A DNA stretch of 42,474 nucleotides from an uncultured Candidatus Micrarchaeota archaeon (GTDB taxonomy: Archaea; Micrarchaeota; Micrarchaeia; Burarchaeales; Fermentimicrarchaeaceae): NCBI GenBank assembly GCA_963760615.1, contig CAVXDX010000005.1:1-42474 (forward strand), read 5' to 3'. Shown here one piece after another: positions 1 through 8,083 of this stretch; position 1 is the first letter of the stretch; each line of letters starts with the position of its first letter. The notes under the pieces are model-generated. The model was given only the letters and a program-made list of their open reading frames with translations, did no database searches and was not told the origin of the DNA. A program made the translations under genes and the position numbers.

Positions 1-216
1 TTTGTTCTTCAGCATCCTCAGAGTTCCTTTCTTAAGCATAAGCACCTGGTGCGGGAAGTGCTCAGAGTAAATCTCCGCAACCTTCTCAGCCTTGAGCTCC
101 TTTATGAGGTGCTCCGCTGCCAGCTTCCCCACAAGCCCTATGCCCGGCAGCCCTTCTACCAGTATGGGGTTCTTCAGCCTGACACCCTTCTTCGAGAGTA
201 TTATCGTACCCTTCAT
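1..216 (-). CDS. Proteasome assembly chaperone PAC2 family protein (partial; 3' end runs off the window)
   Basis: Hand translation from ATG at 216: MKGTIILSKKGVRLKNPILVEGLPGIGLVGKLAAEHLIKEL. GLPGIGLVGKLAA is the PAC2 N-terminal motif. The start overlaps the nop10 stop, and the position after nop10 is the usual one in archaea. Confidence 0.9.
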   Translation of the reverse strand, partial: MKGTIILSKKGVRLKNPILVEGLPGIGLVGKLAAEHLIKELKAEKVAEIYSEHFPHQVLMLKKGTLRMLKNK

Positions 217-380
217 CAAACCGCCTCCAAACCAAATTTCGCCCTCCTCCTGTACTTGCCGTACTTGTCCTCTGGAGAGAACTTTGGTGGATGCGCCGTA
301 TGCGTCTCCCCTCCGCATTTTGGGCATTGCTCCCTCATGGTGTACGCCCCGCATCTTGTGCACTTCCTCAGCTTTCCCAT
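216..380 (-). CDS. nop10: H/ACA RNP protein Nop10 (54 aa, not in ORF track)
   Basis: Hand translation MGKLRKCTRCGAYTMREQCPKCGGETHTAHPPKFSPEDKYGKYRRRAKFGLEAV. Zn ribbon plus the HPPKFSPEDKYGKYR signature; directly downstream of eIF2-alpha. Confidence 0.95.
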   Translation of the reverse strand: MGKLRKCTRCGAYTMREQCPKCGGETHTAHPPKFSPEDKYGKYRRRAKFGLEAV

Positions 381-385
381 ATAAC

Positions 386-1171
386 CTACTTTTCCTCCCT
401 CTCAAAATTGGCGCACCCCTCCTTCCCCTTTATACCATCCTTAACGTTCTTGAAAAATGTCGCAACTGTTTTCTCAGCTTTCTTGTAATCAGGGGCGGTT
501 ACTGCAACCATGTACCTGGGCGCGCCAAGGTATGTCACCCGCACTTCCTCATCCGCATCAAGCCCTTCCATGGCATTGTGAAGCATGCCTTTTATTACCT
601 CAATACCATCCGCATCGCTGCAGCTCACTGTGAGAGTGCCAGTTATCCTAACCCTCGGCTTCTTTATGTTCTGCGAGGCCACCTCCTTGAAAATGCTCTT
701 CCACTCCTCCGGAGCTTTTATGGAATCCAGGGAGCACTCGCTCAACACAGCCTCCTCAAAAGAAGAATATAAATTGCCGAATTTCTCAACAAGCTCGCCC
801 CCCATCCCTTTCCACACATATTCGTGCGGTTTGCCAATTTTCTTCTCAACAAGCTCAAACAACTTGGCAGCCCTCTTCTCCTTTCTGTAGCTCTCAATCT
901 TCCTCCTCCTGTCAATGTCGCTCACCCTCTTCAGGGAAAGGTCTATCTGGTTCTTCTCGGGAACCATCCTGAAGACTCTCGCAACAACCTTCTGGCCCTC
1001 CTTGAGGAATTCATGGATGTTCTTTATCCACCTTGATGCAACTTCTGAGATGTGTATGAAGGCCTCCCTGTCACCGTACTCATCAAGGGTGCAGAAAGCC
1101 CCGTAGGGGAGTATCTTCCTCACGGTAGCAATAACGAACTCATCCAGCTCAGGGCTATCCTTCTGGTTCAT
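386..1171 (-). CDS. eif2a: Translation initiation factor 2 subunit alpha
   Basis: N-terminal S1 domain (YGAFCTLDEY...FIHISEVASRWIKNI...QIDLSLKRV) and C-terminal YLGAPRY motif. Start moved to ATG 1171. Confidence 0.97.
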   Translation of the reverse strand: MNQKDSPELDEFVIATVRKILPYGAFCTLDEYGDREAFIHISEVASRWIKNIHEFLKEGQKVVARVFRMVPEKNQIDLSLKRVSDIDRRRKIESYRKEKRAAKLFELVEKKIGKPHEYVWKGMGGELVEKFGNLYSSFEEAVLSECSLDSIKAPEEWKSIFKEVASQNIKKPRVRITGTLTVSCSDADGIEVIKGMLHNAMEGLDADEEVRVTYLGAPRYMVAVTAPDYKKAEKTVATFFKNVKDGIKGKEGCANFEREEK

Positions 1172-1179
1172 GGGCTCAC

Positions 1180-1338
1180 TCACAGAACTTTAATTATCTT
1201 ACCGTGCACCTTCGCTCTGGAGCCGGTTGGCTCGGCCAGCACCCTGTTGCAGACTAGGCACCTCACAGCGCTGCTGGAGTTGCCGAATATGTTCTGCTCG
1301 TTTCCGCACTCGCACTTCACTCTCAAGAATCTGCTCAT
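1180..1338 (-). CDS. rps27e: 30S ribosomal protein S27e (52 aa, not in ORF track)
   Basis: Hand translation MSRFLRVKCECGNEQNIFGNSSSAVRCLVCNRVLAEPTGSRAKVHGKIIKVL, with GAGGTG RBS. Lies between L44e and eIF2-alpha as in the conserved operon. Confidence 0.95.
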   Translation of the reverse strand: MSRFLRVKCECGNEQNIFGNSSSAVRCLVCNRVLAEPTGSRAKVHGKIIKVL

Positions 1339-1347
1339 CAAAACACC

Positions 1348-1629
1348 TCAACTCTTCAGCTCAAGCTTCTTTCTTGTCCGTTTTCCAATTATTCTCTCCT
1401 GCTTCTTCTTGCAGACTGAGCATTCCAGCATTATCTTCTGCTTCTTGCCCTGCTTCTTCACAGCCTTCTCGCCCGCAACTTTTCCCACGTAGCCCATTAT
1501 CGTTCTCTCGTGCTGCCTGTTACCCCAGGCGCTGCTCCTGGCTCTTCCCTTGGAAGCCATCCTCACCTTGTGCTTTGTTTTCTTCCTACATTTAGGGCAG
1601 TATGCATTTATCTCATTTGGATACTTCAT
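1348..1629 (-). CDS. rpl44e: 50S ribosomal protein L44e
   Basis: YCPKC..KTKHKV and LECSVCKKK Zn-ribbon motifs, very basic, conserved operon position. Confidence 0.95.
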   Translation of the reverse strand: MKYPNEINAYCPKCRKKTKHKVRMASKGRARSSAWGNRQHERTIMGYVGKVAGEKAVKKQGKKQKIMLECSVCKKKQERIIGKRTRKKLELKS

Positions 1630-2164
1630 CCGAAACACCCCCTAGCTCTGCAATCCCTTTGCTCACAAGAAGCTGCGCCTCCTTTTCCGGCAGCTCTGCG
1701 CTATCCCCTTCCTTGAAAGGACCGTATACCTTCAAGTCGGTCCCAACAAACTTAGGAAGGTTTTTTAAAATCTTAATTCTTTTAATACTTTCCTCGCTTT
1801 TGCTCTCCTTGCCACCGATTATGCTGTTGAACTTCTCCCTGTCTTCGGAAACTGCCCTGCTCACCTTCTCAAAAAGCTCAGCCTCTTCTCCTGTGAGGGC
1901 TATCTCCTCCTGCGCTCCACTTGCTTTCATGGCCCTCAGCACTATCTTCTGCCTCCTCCTCTCATGGATGTCCTCAACAACCTTCAGTATGCTTTCATAT
2001 TCTCTCGCCTCTGTGAGGCTGAAGTTGCTCTTCAAGGCTTCATTCTTCCTCCCTATGAGCTTCACCACGGAAGCATAGAAACCCTCGGGTATGCTCTGGA
2101 GCACAGGGCTTGCCCTCTCCCTTGCCTGAATCTTCCTGAGTTCGTCATAGTTCAACTCTTCCAT
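1613..2164 (-). CDS. DNA replication complex GINS protein (Gins51-type, A-domain then B-domain)
   Basis: Helical N-terminus (YDELRKIQARER...IPEGFY...IHERRRQKIV) and a beta B-domain (FVGTDLKVYGPFKEGDSAELPEKEAQLLVSKGIA). Located directly after priS; GGAGG RBS before ATG 2164. Confidence 0.88.
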   Translation of the reverse strand: MEELNYDELRKIQARERASPVLQSIPEGFYASVVKLIGRKNEALKSNFSLTEAREYESILKVVEDIHERRRQKIVLRAMKASGAQEEIALTGEEAELFEKVSRAVSEDREKFNSIIGGKESKSEESIKRIKILKNLPKFVGTDLKVYGPFKEGDSAELPEKEAQLLVSKGIAELGGVSDEVSK

Positions 2165-3300
2165 AGCACTGCCTCCTTCTTGCAAAGCAAAAACAATGCT
2201 GCATACTCGGGCAGCTCCCTCTCTTCATCCTTGAAGGGACCAAATGTCTGTTCACCTAGTCTAAATTGAGGTGCCTTCTTAATTTTAATCCTTACTGGTT
2301 GCTTCCCGAAAACAACAGCATCCTTAAGCGGGTCGAACCGTTCAATGCTGCTCACCCTCTTGGCAAGCATGGCGCTGTCCCCGTGTAGGCTATCCGGCAG
2401 CCTTATGAGCTTGCTCGCATCTGCCGTTACATTTTGATCTATCCTATCGCCCAGCTTCACTCCAAGCTTCCCCACAACATCCCTCCAGAACAGCTCCTTC
2501 TTCTCAAGCTTAACTGCATCCCACCTGCCGTTTTTTATGGAATCCAGGAACTGCTCGCTCTTTCTATACACTCTCCTGGCGTCCCTCTCCCCAACGCCAA
2601 CCTCCTCCAGCCTCTTCTCTGCAACAAGCTTGCTGACGAACTGTGCAATCCTGCCCTGCCATGCCGGGTCTGTTGGTGCCGGCCCGAGCAGCTTCTTCTC
2701 TCTCCTTCCTGGGACAGGCGCCCACTCGAATCCCATGGAGTCGAAGTCAATTCCCGTGCCAGTGAGGTAATCCACTATCTCCCTCCTGGCGTATGCACGA
2801 AGCTCCCGGACTGATTTGTCAGTAACATGTATATGATAGCCTCTGCTGCCAGAGAAGTTCAGCCCAATCTCCTTCCTTGAGAAACCGAAGTCAGGTATAA
2901 GGAACTGCTCCACAAGCTTGGTGCTCTCCTCCTTCACTGCGCTGAGGCACTCATCGCAAACCCATTTGGGACCATGCACGCTCTTGCAGGGCAACTCAAG
3001 GTGATCTGCATCAAGGTCAAAAACCAGGTCTGCGCCAAGCCAGTTCTTCCTCTCCATAGGGCGCATGTCTGGAAATTCGTAGTATGCCGCGGAGTAGGAT
3101 ATGAAGAGAGGGGAATCCACCACAAGCCTGCTCTTGAGCTCCTGAGCGTTTGCCATGCGCATGTGCCTCGCCTCTATCTTCCTCTCCCAGCCCCCCATGC
3201 CCCACTCCCTTCTCTCAATCTCCTGGGGAGCCTGCACTTCCGCCCTCTCGTAGTACTCCCTGAACTTGCTCCTTACATACATCTCCTCAGGGTTGCTCAT
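2152..3300 (-). CDS. priS: DNA primase catalytic subunit PriS
   Basis: AEP motifs LVFDLDAD, FSGSRGYHIH and DQNVTADASKLIRLPDSLHG; Zn knuckle C-x3-H-x5-C-x2-C. Start set at ATG 3300. Confidence 0.95.
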   Translation of the reverse strand: MSNPEEMYVRSKFREYYERAEVQAPQEIERREWGMGGWERKIEARHMRMANAQELKSRLVVDSPLFISYSAAYYEFPDMRPMERKNWLGADLVFDLDADHLELPCKSVHGPKWVCDECLSAVKEESTKLVEQFLIPDFGFSRKEIGLNFSGSRGYHIHVTDKSVRELRAYARREIVDYLTGTGIDFDSMGFEWAPVPGRREKKLLGPAPTDPAWQGRIAQFVSKLVAEKRLEEVGVGERDARRVYRKSEQFLDSIKNGRWDAVKLEKKELFWRDVVGKLGVKLGDRIDQNVTADASKLIRLPDSLHGDSAMLAKRVSSIERFDPLKDAVVFGKQPVRIKIKKAPQFRLGEQTFGPFKDEERELPEYAALFLLCKKEAVLWKS

Positions 3301-4246
3301 GCTTAGCTGAAGACTTTCCAAATGCACCCCTCCTATACGCCAGTGGACTTTTAACACCACAGTTTGATACGCACAACCCATATGAATCCATGCTGGAGCA
3401 GCTGGGCACCTTGTAGCCCCTCTTCAATGCATGCTCTATCTGGTACCTTGTGACAGACTCATCGAAATCCGGTGATGTTGAGAACAGTTTCACCACCTCA
3501 TCAACCTTCATCCCAATGTTGAGCAGGTACACGGCCAACGTCCACCTTGCCGTGTGGCTGAGGTTCTCCACGGTTTTCAAGTCCTCCAGCAACTTTTTCA
3601 TGCACGGGGCGAACTCACCTTTCTCAAGCGAGACTGCCGCAGGCTGCGGTTCCTTGGGTATGCTCTTTCTCACCTCGTCTGCAGCATCCTTTATGTTCTC
3701 AGGCACGCCCTCCATCTTCAGAGGGAGTTCAGACTCTATCTTGAACCTCACAGCCTCCTCAAGAATTCTTACAAACTCATCCCTCCTGAGCATCACCCTT
3801 CCCTTGGAGAGCCTCCTGTTCACAAGCTTGTAATCCACAGATTTTGGAGAGTATCTCAAGTAATCCTGGAAGCTCACCGAGTAGTAGCCGTCTATCTCGC
3901 ATCCCACCCCGAGCTCCTTGGCAACGGTCAGAACATTCTCATCGCTGTCGCTTGCCATGTAGGAGCTCGCCCTCTTCGCCTCTGCAATTGCATACCTGCT
4001 TACGTAATACCTGCTTTTCAGCAGAGAAACAATCATCCTGCTCACAGCGTAGGATGCAATCTGCAGCAGGAGTTGGGAGTCGTCAAGCTCTATGCTCATC
4101 AGGGGAATCTTCCCCCTCCCGATTGCATCGACCGCCCTCCTCTTTGCAATGCCCATGAGCTTAAACTCATCCCCCACCTTGGCAGAGCTCATGAACTCCT
4201 TTGCACCTCGTGTGAATGGGTACTTGCTGTAGAATGAAAGTTCCAT
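3287..4246 (-). CDS. priL: DNA primase large subunit PriL
   Basis: Starts with SKYPF; C-terminal Fe-S domain with FAPCM, LSHTARWTL, PDFDESVTRYQIEH, YKVPSC and LCVSNC (four Cys). Overlaps the priS start by 14 nt. Confidence 0.93.
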   Translation of the reverse strand: MELSFYSKYPFTRGAKEFMSSAKVGDEFKLMGIAKRRAVDAIGRGKIPLMSIELDDSQLLLQIASYAVSRMIVSLLKSRYYVSRYAIAEAKRASSYMASDSDENVLTVAKELGVGCEIDGYYSVSFQDYLRYSPKSVDYKLVNRRLSKGRVMLRRDEFVRILEEAVRFKIESELPLKMEGVPENIKDAADEVRKSIPKEPQPAAVSLEKGEFAPCMKKLLEDLKTVENLSHTARWTLAVYLLNIGMKVDEVVKLFSTSPDFDESVTRYQIEHALKRGYKVPSCSSMDSYGLCVSNCGVKSPLAYRRGAFGKSSAKHEQP

Positions 4247-4335
4247 CTGACCCCTTCCGCAAAAATGCACCCTCCAAAGAGCATTTGCATTCTGGGTGCG
4301 TATAATACTCAGAGAAAATATAAATTGATGCAGTG

Positions 4336-5079
4336 CTACATGGACTCTATCCTTGGAGCGAGGTAGTAGACGAGCTTAGCCTCCCCGATACTATACTCAA
4401 CCTTTATGGGCGAGTTCGTCTTCAGGTGCAGCGAGAGAAGCCCATCATCAGGGCATGCCTTCACAATGTCCTCCATAAACTGCAGCGGGAAGGTTGCCCT
4501 AGAATCCTTTTTCACCTCAATGTGCTGCGTCGCCTCCCCTGTCTTGTCCCTCTCAACTCTCAAGTCACCCGAGTCTCCGTGAACCTCCACGAAAAATCCT
4601 TTGCTGTTCGCCTCAAGCACCACATGTGAACTCAGCAGCGCGGCATCCCCCAATATCTCTTTGAACTGCCCCGCCTTTATTTTCACAACCGAGTCGAACT
4701 CTATCCTGGGCTCTTTCTGCGCGCCCTCCTGCACATTTATGAGAGGGAGCTTGAAGTTCCTTCTGTCCTCTCCCATGAATTCAAGCACGAGCTTATTCTC
4801 GTCAATCATCATTGAAAGTTTGTCCTTCCCCCTGCTCCTTGAGAGTATCTTGCTCATACTGTCAAAGTTTATGCCTACCTTTGTAGTTTCATCAACCTTA
4901 TAGCTGCTGAAAGCGCTCTTTGGAACTGAGAAGCTCACCATTGCTATTTGAGATGGGTCCATTGCCTTTAGCGATATGCCGCTGGCAGAAATCTCAAAGC
5001 TCCCCTCGTCTATCAGGTTGACTATGGAGTCAACGCAACTCTTCCAGTATCTGGCATCCTCAACCTCTATCTCTAGCAT
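4336..5079 (-). CDS. pcn: DNA polymerase sliding clamp PCNA
   Basis: LKAMDPSQIAMV, FKLPLI and YYLAPRIE signatures; about 247 aa; GAGGTGA RBS before ATG 5079. Confidence 0.97.
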   Translation of the reverse strand: MLEIEVEDARYWKSCVDSIVNLIDEGSFEISASGISLKAMDPSQIAMVSFSVPKSAFSSYKVDETTKVGINFDSMSKILSRSRGKDKLSMMIDENKLVLEFMGEDRRNFKLPLINVQEGAQKEPRIEFDSVVKIKAGQFKEILGDAALLSSHVVLEANSKGFFVEVHGDSGDLRVERDKTGEATQHIEVKKDSRATFPLQFMEDIVKACPDDGLLSLHLKTNSPIKVEYSIGEAKLVYYLAPRIESM

Positions 5080-5124
5080 CTCATTCACCTCTATGTTATC
5101 TTTTTACCTCCACATTTTTATTGC

Positions 5125-6117
5125 TTATGCTGGCTCAATCACGGTGTCGCATCCTGACGGTTCGCCAAGATAACCCCAGAGGAAAAGCTTGAGGTAGCCC
5201 AGGTAGGGAACCTTGAAGATGACTCTGCCATTTATGTTCTCCTGAGGCACTGGCTTGTTCTCCCTGGAATCTGTAAAGAAGAGGCATCCCCCATTCCCAG
5301 TATCGATTCCCCTGCTCGGCGCCTGCACATCCAGCACTTCGTTGTTATCCCCCTTTATCAAGTAATACGGCTTTCCATCCACGGAAACCTTCACAAGCAC
5401 CCTGTGTATAGTTGAGCCAACAAATACGCTATTCTCCAGAGGCTCGTAGACGACCACGTCATTGCTGAAATTCTCATAGTATTCCTTGCCCTTTATAGTC
5501 ACCGATTTCACGCAAACATCATTCTGAATATCACCATTCACACCCTTCAGCCTGCACAGGCCATAGTTGTAGCTGAAAAGCGAGTTGTTGGAGCCTGAGA
5601 ATACAGGCTTGCCATCTATTGCAATGAGGCAGGAGTCGCCGCATCCGCTTCTGCAGATGGAGAAGTTGTAGGGAGCGTAGCCCCCCTGCCCGGCGCATGG
5701 ACCGCAAGTGAAATTCGTGTGCATCATCCTCTTTATCTGCTCCCACTCGGATGCGCTGACCTCAGCCGCAGGAGCACTTATCTCACTGCCGCTCAGCAGA
5801 ACCATATCCCCCCTGTCCATGTGGGGAAGCATGCTGCACGAGACGATGGAGTCAAGCGGTGCGGATGTGTGGAGCAGGAATCCCGCCCCATACCAGAGGG
5901 CCACTCCAGCCAGAATCGCAACAATAATCTCCTCCAGCTCCTTCTTCCAGCCTCCCTCCTCCACCCCTTTGTACGTTTCATAAACAAACAGGCAAACTAT
6001 TGAGAGCGCGCAGAGCAGGGCGAACAGTATGAATTTAGTCAGCACGTAGGCTGCGAGAAAAGCCAGTATGAGCAGGTAGCCTGCATTCTTCTTCAATAAC
6101 TCTTCAAACTTTCCCAT
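5125..6117 (-). CDS. sec11: Signal peptidase I (Sec11/S26B-type) with a large Cys-rich insertion
   Basis: N-terminal TM helices; box B SCSMLP..DRGDMV (Ser95), IHRV (His238), KGDNN..LD and GRVIFKVPYLGY. Confidence 0.85.
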   Translation of the reverse strand: MGKFEELLKKNAGYLLILAFLAAYVLTKFILFALLCALSIVCLFVYETYKGVEEGGWKKELEEIIVAILAGVALWYGAGFLLHTSAPLDSIVSCSMLPHMDRGDMVLLSGSEISAPAAEVSASEWEQIKRMMHTNFTCGPCAGQGGYAPYNFSICRSGCGDSCLIAIDGKPVFSGSNNSLFSYNYGLCRLKGVNGDIQNDVCVKSVTIKGKEYYENFSNDVVVYEPLENSVFVGSTIHRVLVKVSVDGKPYYLIKGDNNEVLDVQAPSRGIDTGNGGCLFFTDSRENKPVPQENINGRVIFKVPYLGYLKLFLWGYLGEPSGCDTVIEPA

Positions 6118-6652
6118 GGGACTCTCCCCTCACAACACCCGAGCCTATGATGTGTGCCAGCCTCACTGGCTCGGGCATGCCGTCAAAGGAGGATAGGAAC
6201 CTCCTTGCATCCTCAGCATCAATACCTGCAAGCTGTGCGTATAACCCGCCAACCTTGAAAACAGGTCCTGCGGATTTCACAAGCTCGCATCTCCTCTTGC
6301 GGTCAGCAAAATTTTTCAAAGCGTTCCTCACCTCTTTTGCGTGCGGCCTTTTCTTTGCCACCGCAATAACAGGCAATGCCAAGCTTCTGCTTAGCTTATG
6401 TATATCAACAATATTAAACCCGGCAAGCGTAGCCCCGTGGATAACAACCAGTTTTATCTGGGGGCGGAACTTGGATTTTAAAACCATCCTCTCTAGCTTT
6501 TCGGTGCTGTCCAGCCCATCCCTTTTCACATGTGTGCTTAGCACACCCTCGACTATTCCGCTTCTCCACACAACCCCCACAACGAGAACCTGCTCATCAT
6601 TTCTTGTGAAGGGCGAGTCGTCAATGCCAAGCACTCTCGCTCCCGCCTTCAT
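6104..6652 (-). CDS. DUF99 / UPF0215 family (endonuclease V-like fold)
   Basis: VLGIDDSPF, DGLDSTE, GATLAGFNIVD and MPEPVRLAHIIG motifs; next to rpoL, as in many archaea. Confidence 0.85.
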   Translation of the reverse strand: MKAGARVLGIDDSPFTRNDEQVLVVGVVWRSGIVEGVLSTHVKRDGLDSTEKLERMVLKSKFRPQIKLVVIHGATLAGFNIVDIHKLSRSLALPVIAVAKKRPHAKEVRNALKNFADRKRRCELVKSAGPVFKVGGLYAQLAGIDAEDARRFLSSFDGMPEPVRLAHIIGSGVVRGESHGKV

Positions 6653-6656
6653 CGAA

Positions 6657-6926
6657 TCATTTCTTTTTGAGAAGCGCCTCGAAATCCGAAGCCTTCTTCT
6701 CAATTTTCTTAAGAGCGCTCTTTATTGCAGCCTCCGGCGACTTGCCCTTTGTCCTCACAATCAGCTTCGGGTTGCCCAGCTGCGGGTGCTCTAACACATA
6801 GGAAGCAAATTCAACGTCATCATCCTCAAGCAGCGTCTCCCTGAGGAGGTTTGGGAAGCTGTGCTCCTCCCCCTCAAGTACCAGCTCAAGAAAATTCTTC
6901 TCCTTCTTAACAACTCTGAGCTTCAA
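6657..6926 (-). CDS. rpoL: DNA-directed RNA polymerase subunit L (Rpo11)
   Basis: EGEEHSFPNLLR and ASYVLEHP motifs; TTG start at 6926 after a GGGGTGA RBS. Confidence 0.95.
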   Translation of the reverse strand: MKLRVVKKEKNFLELVLEGEEHSFPNLLRETLLEDDDVEFASYVLEHPQLGNPKLIVRTKGKSPEAAIKSALKKIEKKASDFEALLKKK

Positions 6927-6930
6927 TCCA

Positions 6931-7491
6931 TCACCCCTCCATGGCAGAATATTCCTTAGAGAGCTTCCTGCTCTCCCTGCTCCCGCAGGAAGGGCAGACA
7001 AGTGCCCTGTCCTTCAAGTATAACGGGTTTCTGCACCTACTGCAGTATGCCTTCACAACTCCAAATTCGGGGCTTCTCAGGTCCAGGTATACCTCGCCCC
7101 TCCTTATCTCTGAGACAATGGCCTTTATTATATCGCCCACGCGCACCTCGCTCCTCACGCTCTCCACATAATCCCTCTTTATATTGGATACGTGCAGCAC
7201 GCTGAAGTAGTCCCCCTGAGTCTGCCTGACCCCGCCTTGCTCCACGGGAATTATTTTCACAAGCGCTATGGGCTCGAATATGTCCTCCACCCTGCCGTAA
7301 ACGACCATGCCTGGCGCCACCATTTTCGGAACTGCGTTGGAGGGCTTTACAGAAACCATTTTCTGCTTGTCAATGGAGGCATCCCCTGTGCAAAGAGAAT
7401 GGAGCCTACCCTCCTCGCTGTACACTCCTTCCCCGCTGGCAAACTCCTCCTCAGTCCCCAGCAGCTTCCCTGGTGTTGAGAATTCTCCCAT
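6931..7491 (-). CDS. csl4: Exosome RNA-binding protein Csl4
   Basis: PGKLLGTEEEF N-terminus, S1 domain (LHVSNI...VRVGDIIKA), C-terminal CSRC...CPSC Zn ribbon and E.RKLS. Confidence 0.93.
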   Translation of the reverse strand: MGEFSTPGKLLGTEEEFASGEGVYSEEGRLHSLCTGDASIDKQKMVSVKPSNAVPKMVAPGMVVYGRVEDIFEPIALVKIIPVEQGGVRQTQGDYFSVLHVSNIKRDYVESVRSEVRVGDIIKAIVSEIRRGEVYLDLRSPEFGVVKAYCSRCRNPLYLKDRALVCPSCGSRESRKLSKEYSAMEG

Positions 7492-7533
7492 ATTATCACT
7501 CCAAAAATGAGTAGAATGATTTCTCAGAAACAC

Positions 7534-7539
7534 TTTAAA
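7534..7539 (-). promoter_or_regulatory. Probable TATA box of the csl4-rpoL superoperon
   Basis: TTTAAA about 45 nt upstream of the csl4 ATG in an AT-rich intergenic region. Confidence 0.5.
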
Positions 7540-7559
7540 TAGCTTGTGCTGGGAGTTGT

Positions 7560-7588
7560 AAAAATTAAAAAGAATAAAAAATTAAATT
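7560..7588 (-). terminator. Oligo-U-rich archaeal terminator after the pilin pair
   Basis: Minus strand reads AATTTAATTTTTTATTCTTTTTAATTTTT directly after the pilin stop codon. Confidence 0.6.
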
Positions 7589-8083
7589 CTAGGGCTGACA
7601 GGTTCCAACCAATGGCTTCTCCCCAGTAAATTTGTAAATCTGTCCGTATACTGCATCCGTGTATGATATCACAGTTGTCAGAGAGTATGACAGCCCAGGT
7701 GTGCAGGTTTGACTCAGTGTGGTCGTATTAATCGTCATGTTACTCGAGGAACCTGGAGCAAGTTGTATTCCAGTACCTGTGGGTGCCAGAGATGGATTTA
7801 GTGGGTATACTACGGTACCACCCAATGTTATGTTTGTTACATTTACTGCAAACAGCCTGTTATTCCTTACAACCAACATGCTGCCATATTGTGCTGATCC
7901 ATTTGACACGAAATACCTTACTACCCCTATATCCGCACCAGCCCAGTATGCTGCAGAATCCCTCTCAGAAACTCCTCTCGTCATGCCTGGGAATCCTCCA
8001 ATGACACCTATGACAATAAGGGCGATTATGACAACTACTGCCAGTATGATCAGATACTCAATGGCCGCCTGTCCTCTTTTCAT
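7589..8083 (-). CDS. Class III signal-peptide (type IV pilin-like) protein, copy A
   Basis: MKRG/QAAIEYLIILAVVVIIALIVI prepilin cleavage motif with Glu at +5 and a hydrophobic helix; two Cys; five N-x-S/T sequons. Confidence 0.9.
   Translation of the reverse strand: MKRGQAAIEYLIILAVVVIIALIVIGVIGGFPGMTRGVSERDSAAYWAGADIGVVRYFVSNGSAQYGSMLVVRNNRLFAVNVTNITLGGTVVYPLNPSLAPTGTGIQLAPGSSSNMTINTTTLSQTCTPGLSYSLTTVISYTDAVYGQIYKFTGEKPLVGTCQP

Noticed and set aside
3287-3300. PriL-PriS fusion by programmed frameshift
   Set aside because: Both genes have normal ends and starts, and no slippery sequence is apparent. An ordinary 14-nt overlap explains it.
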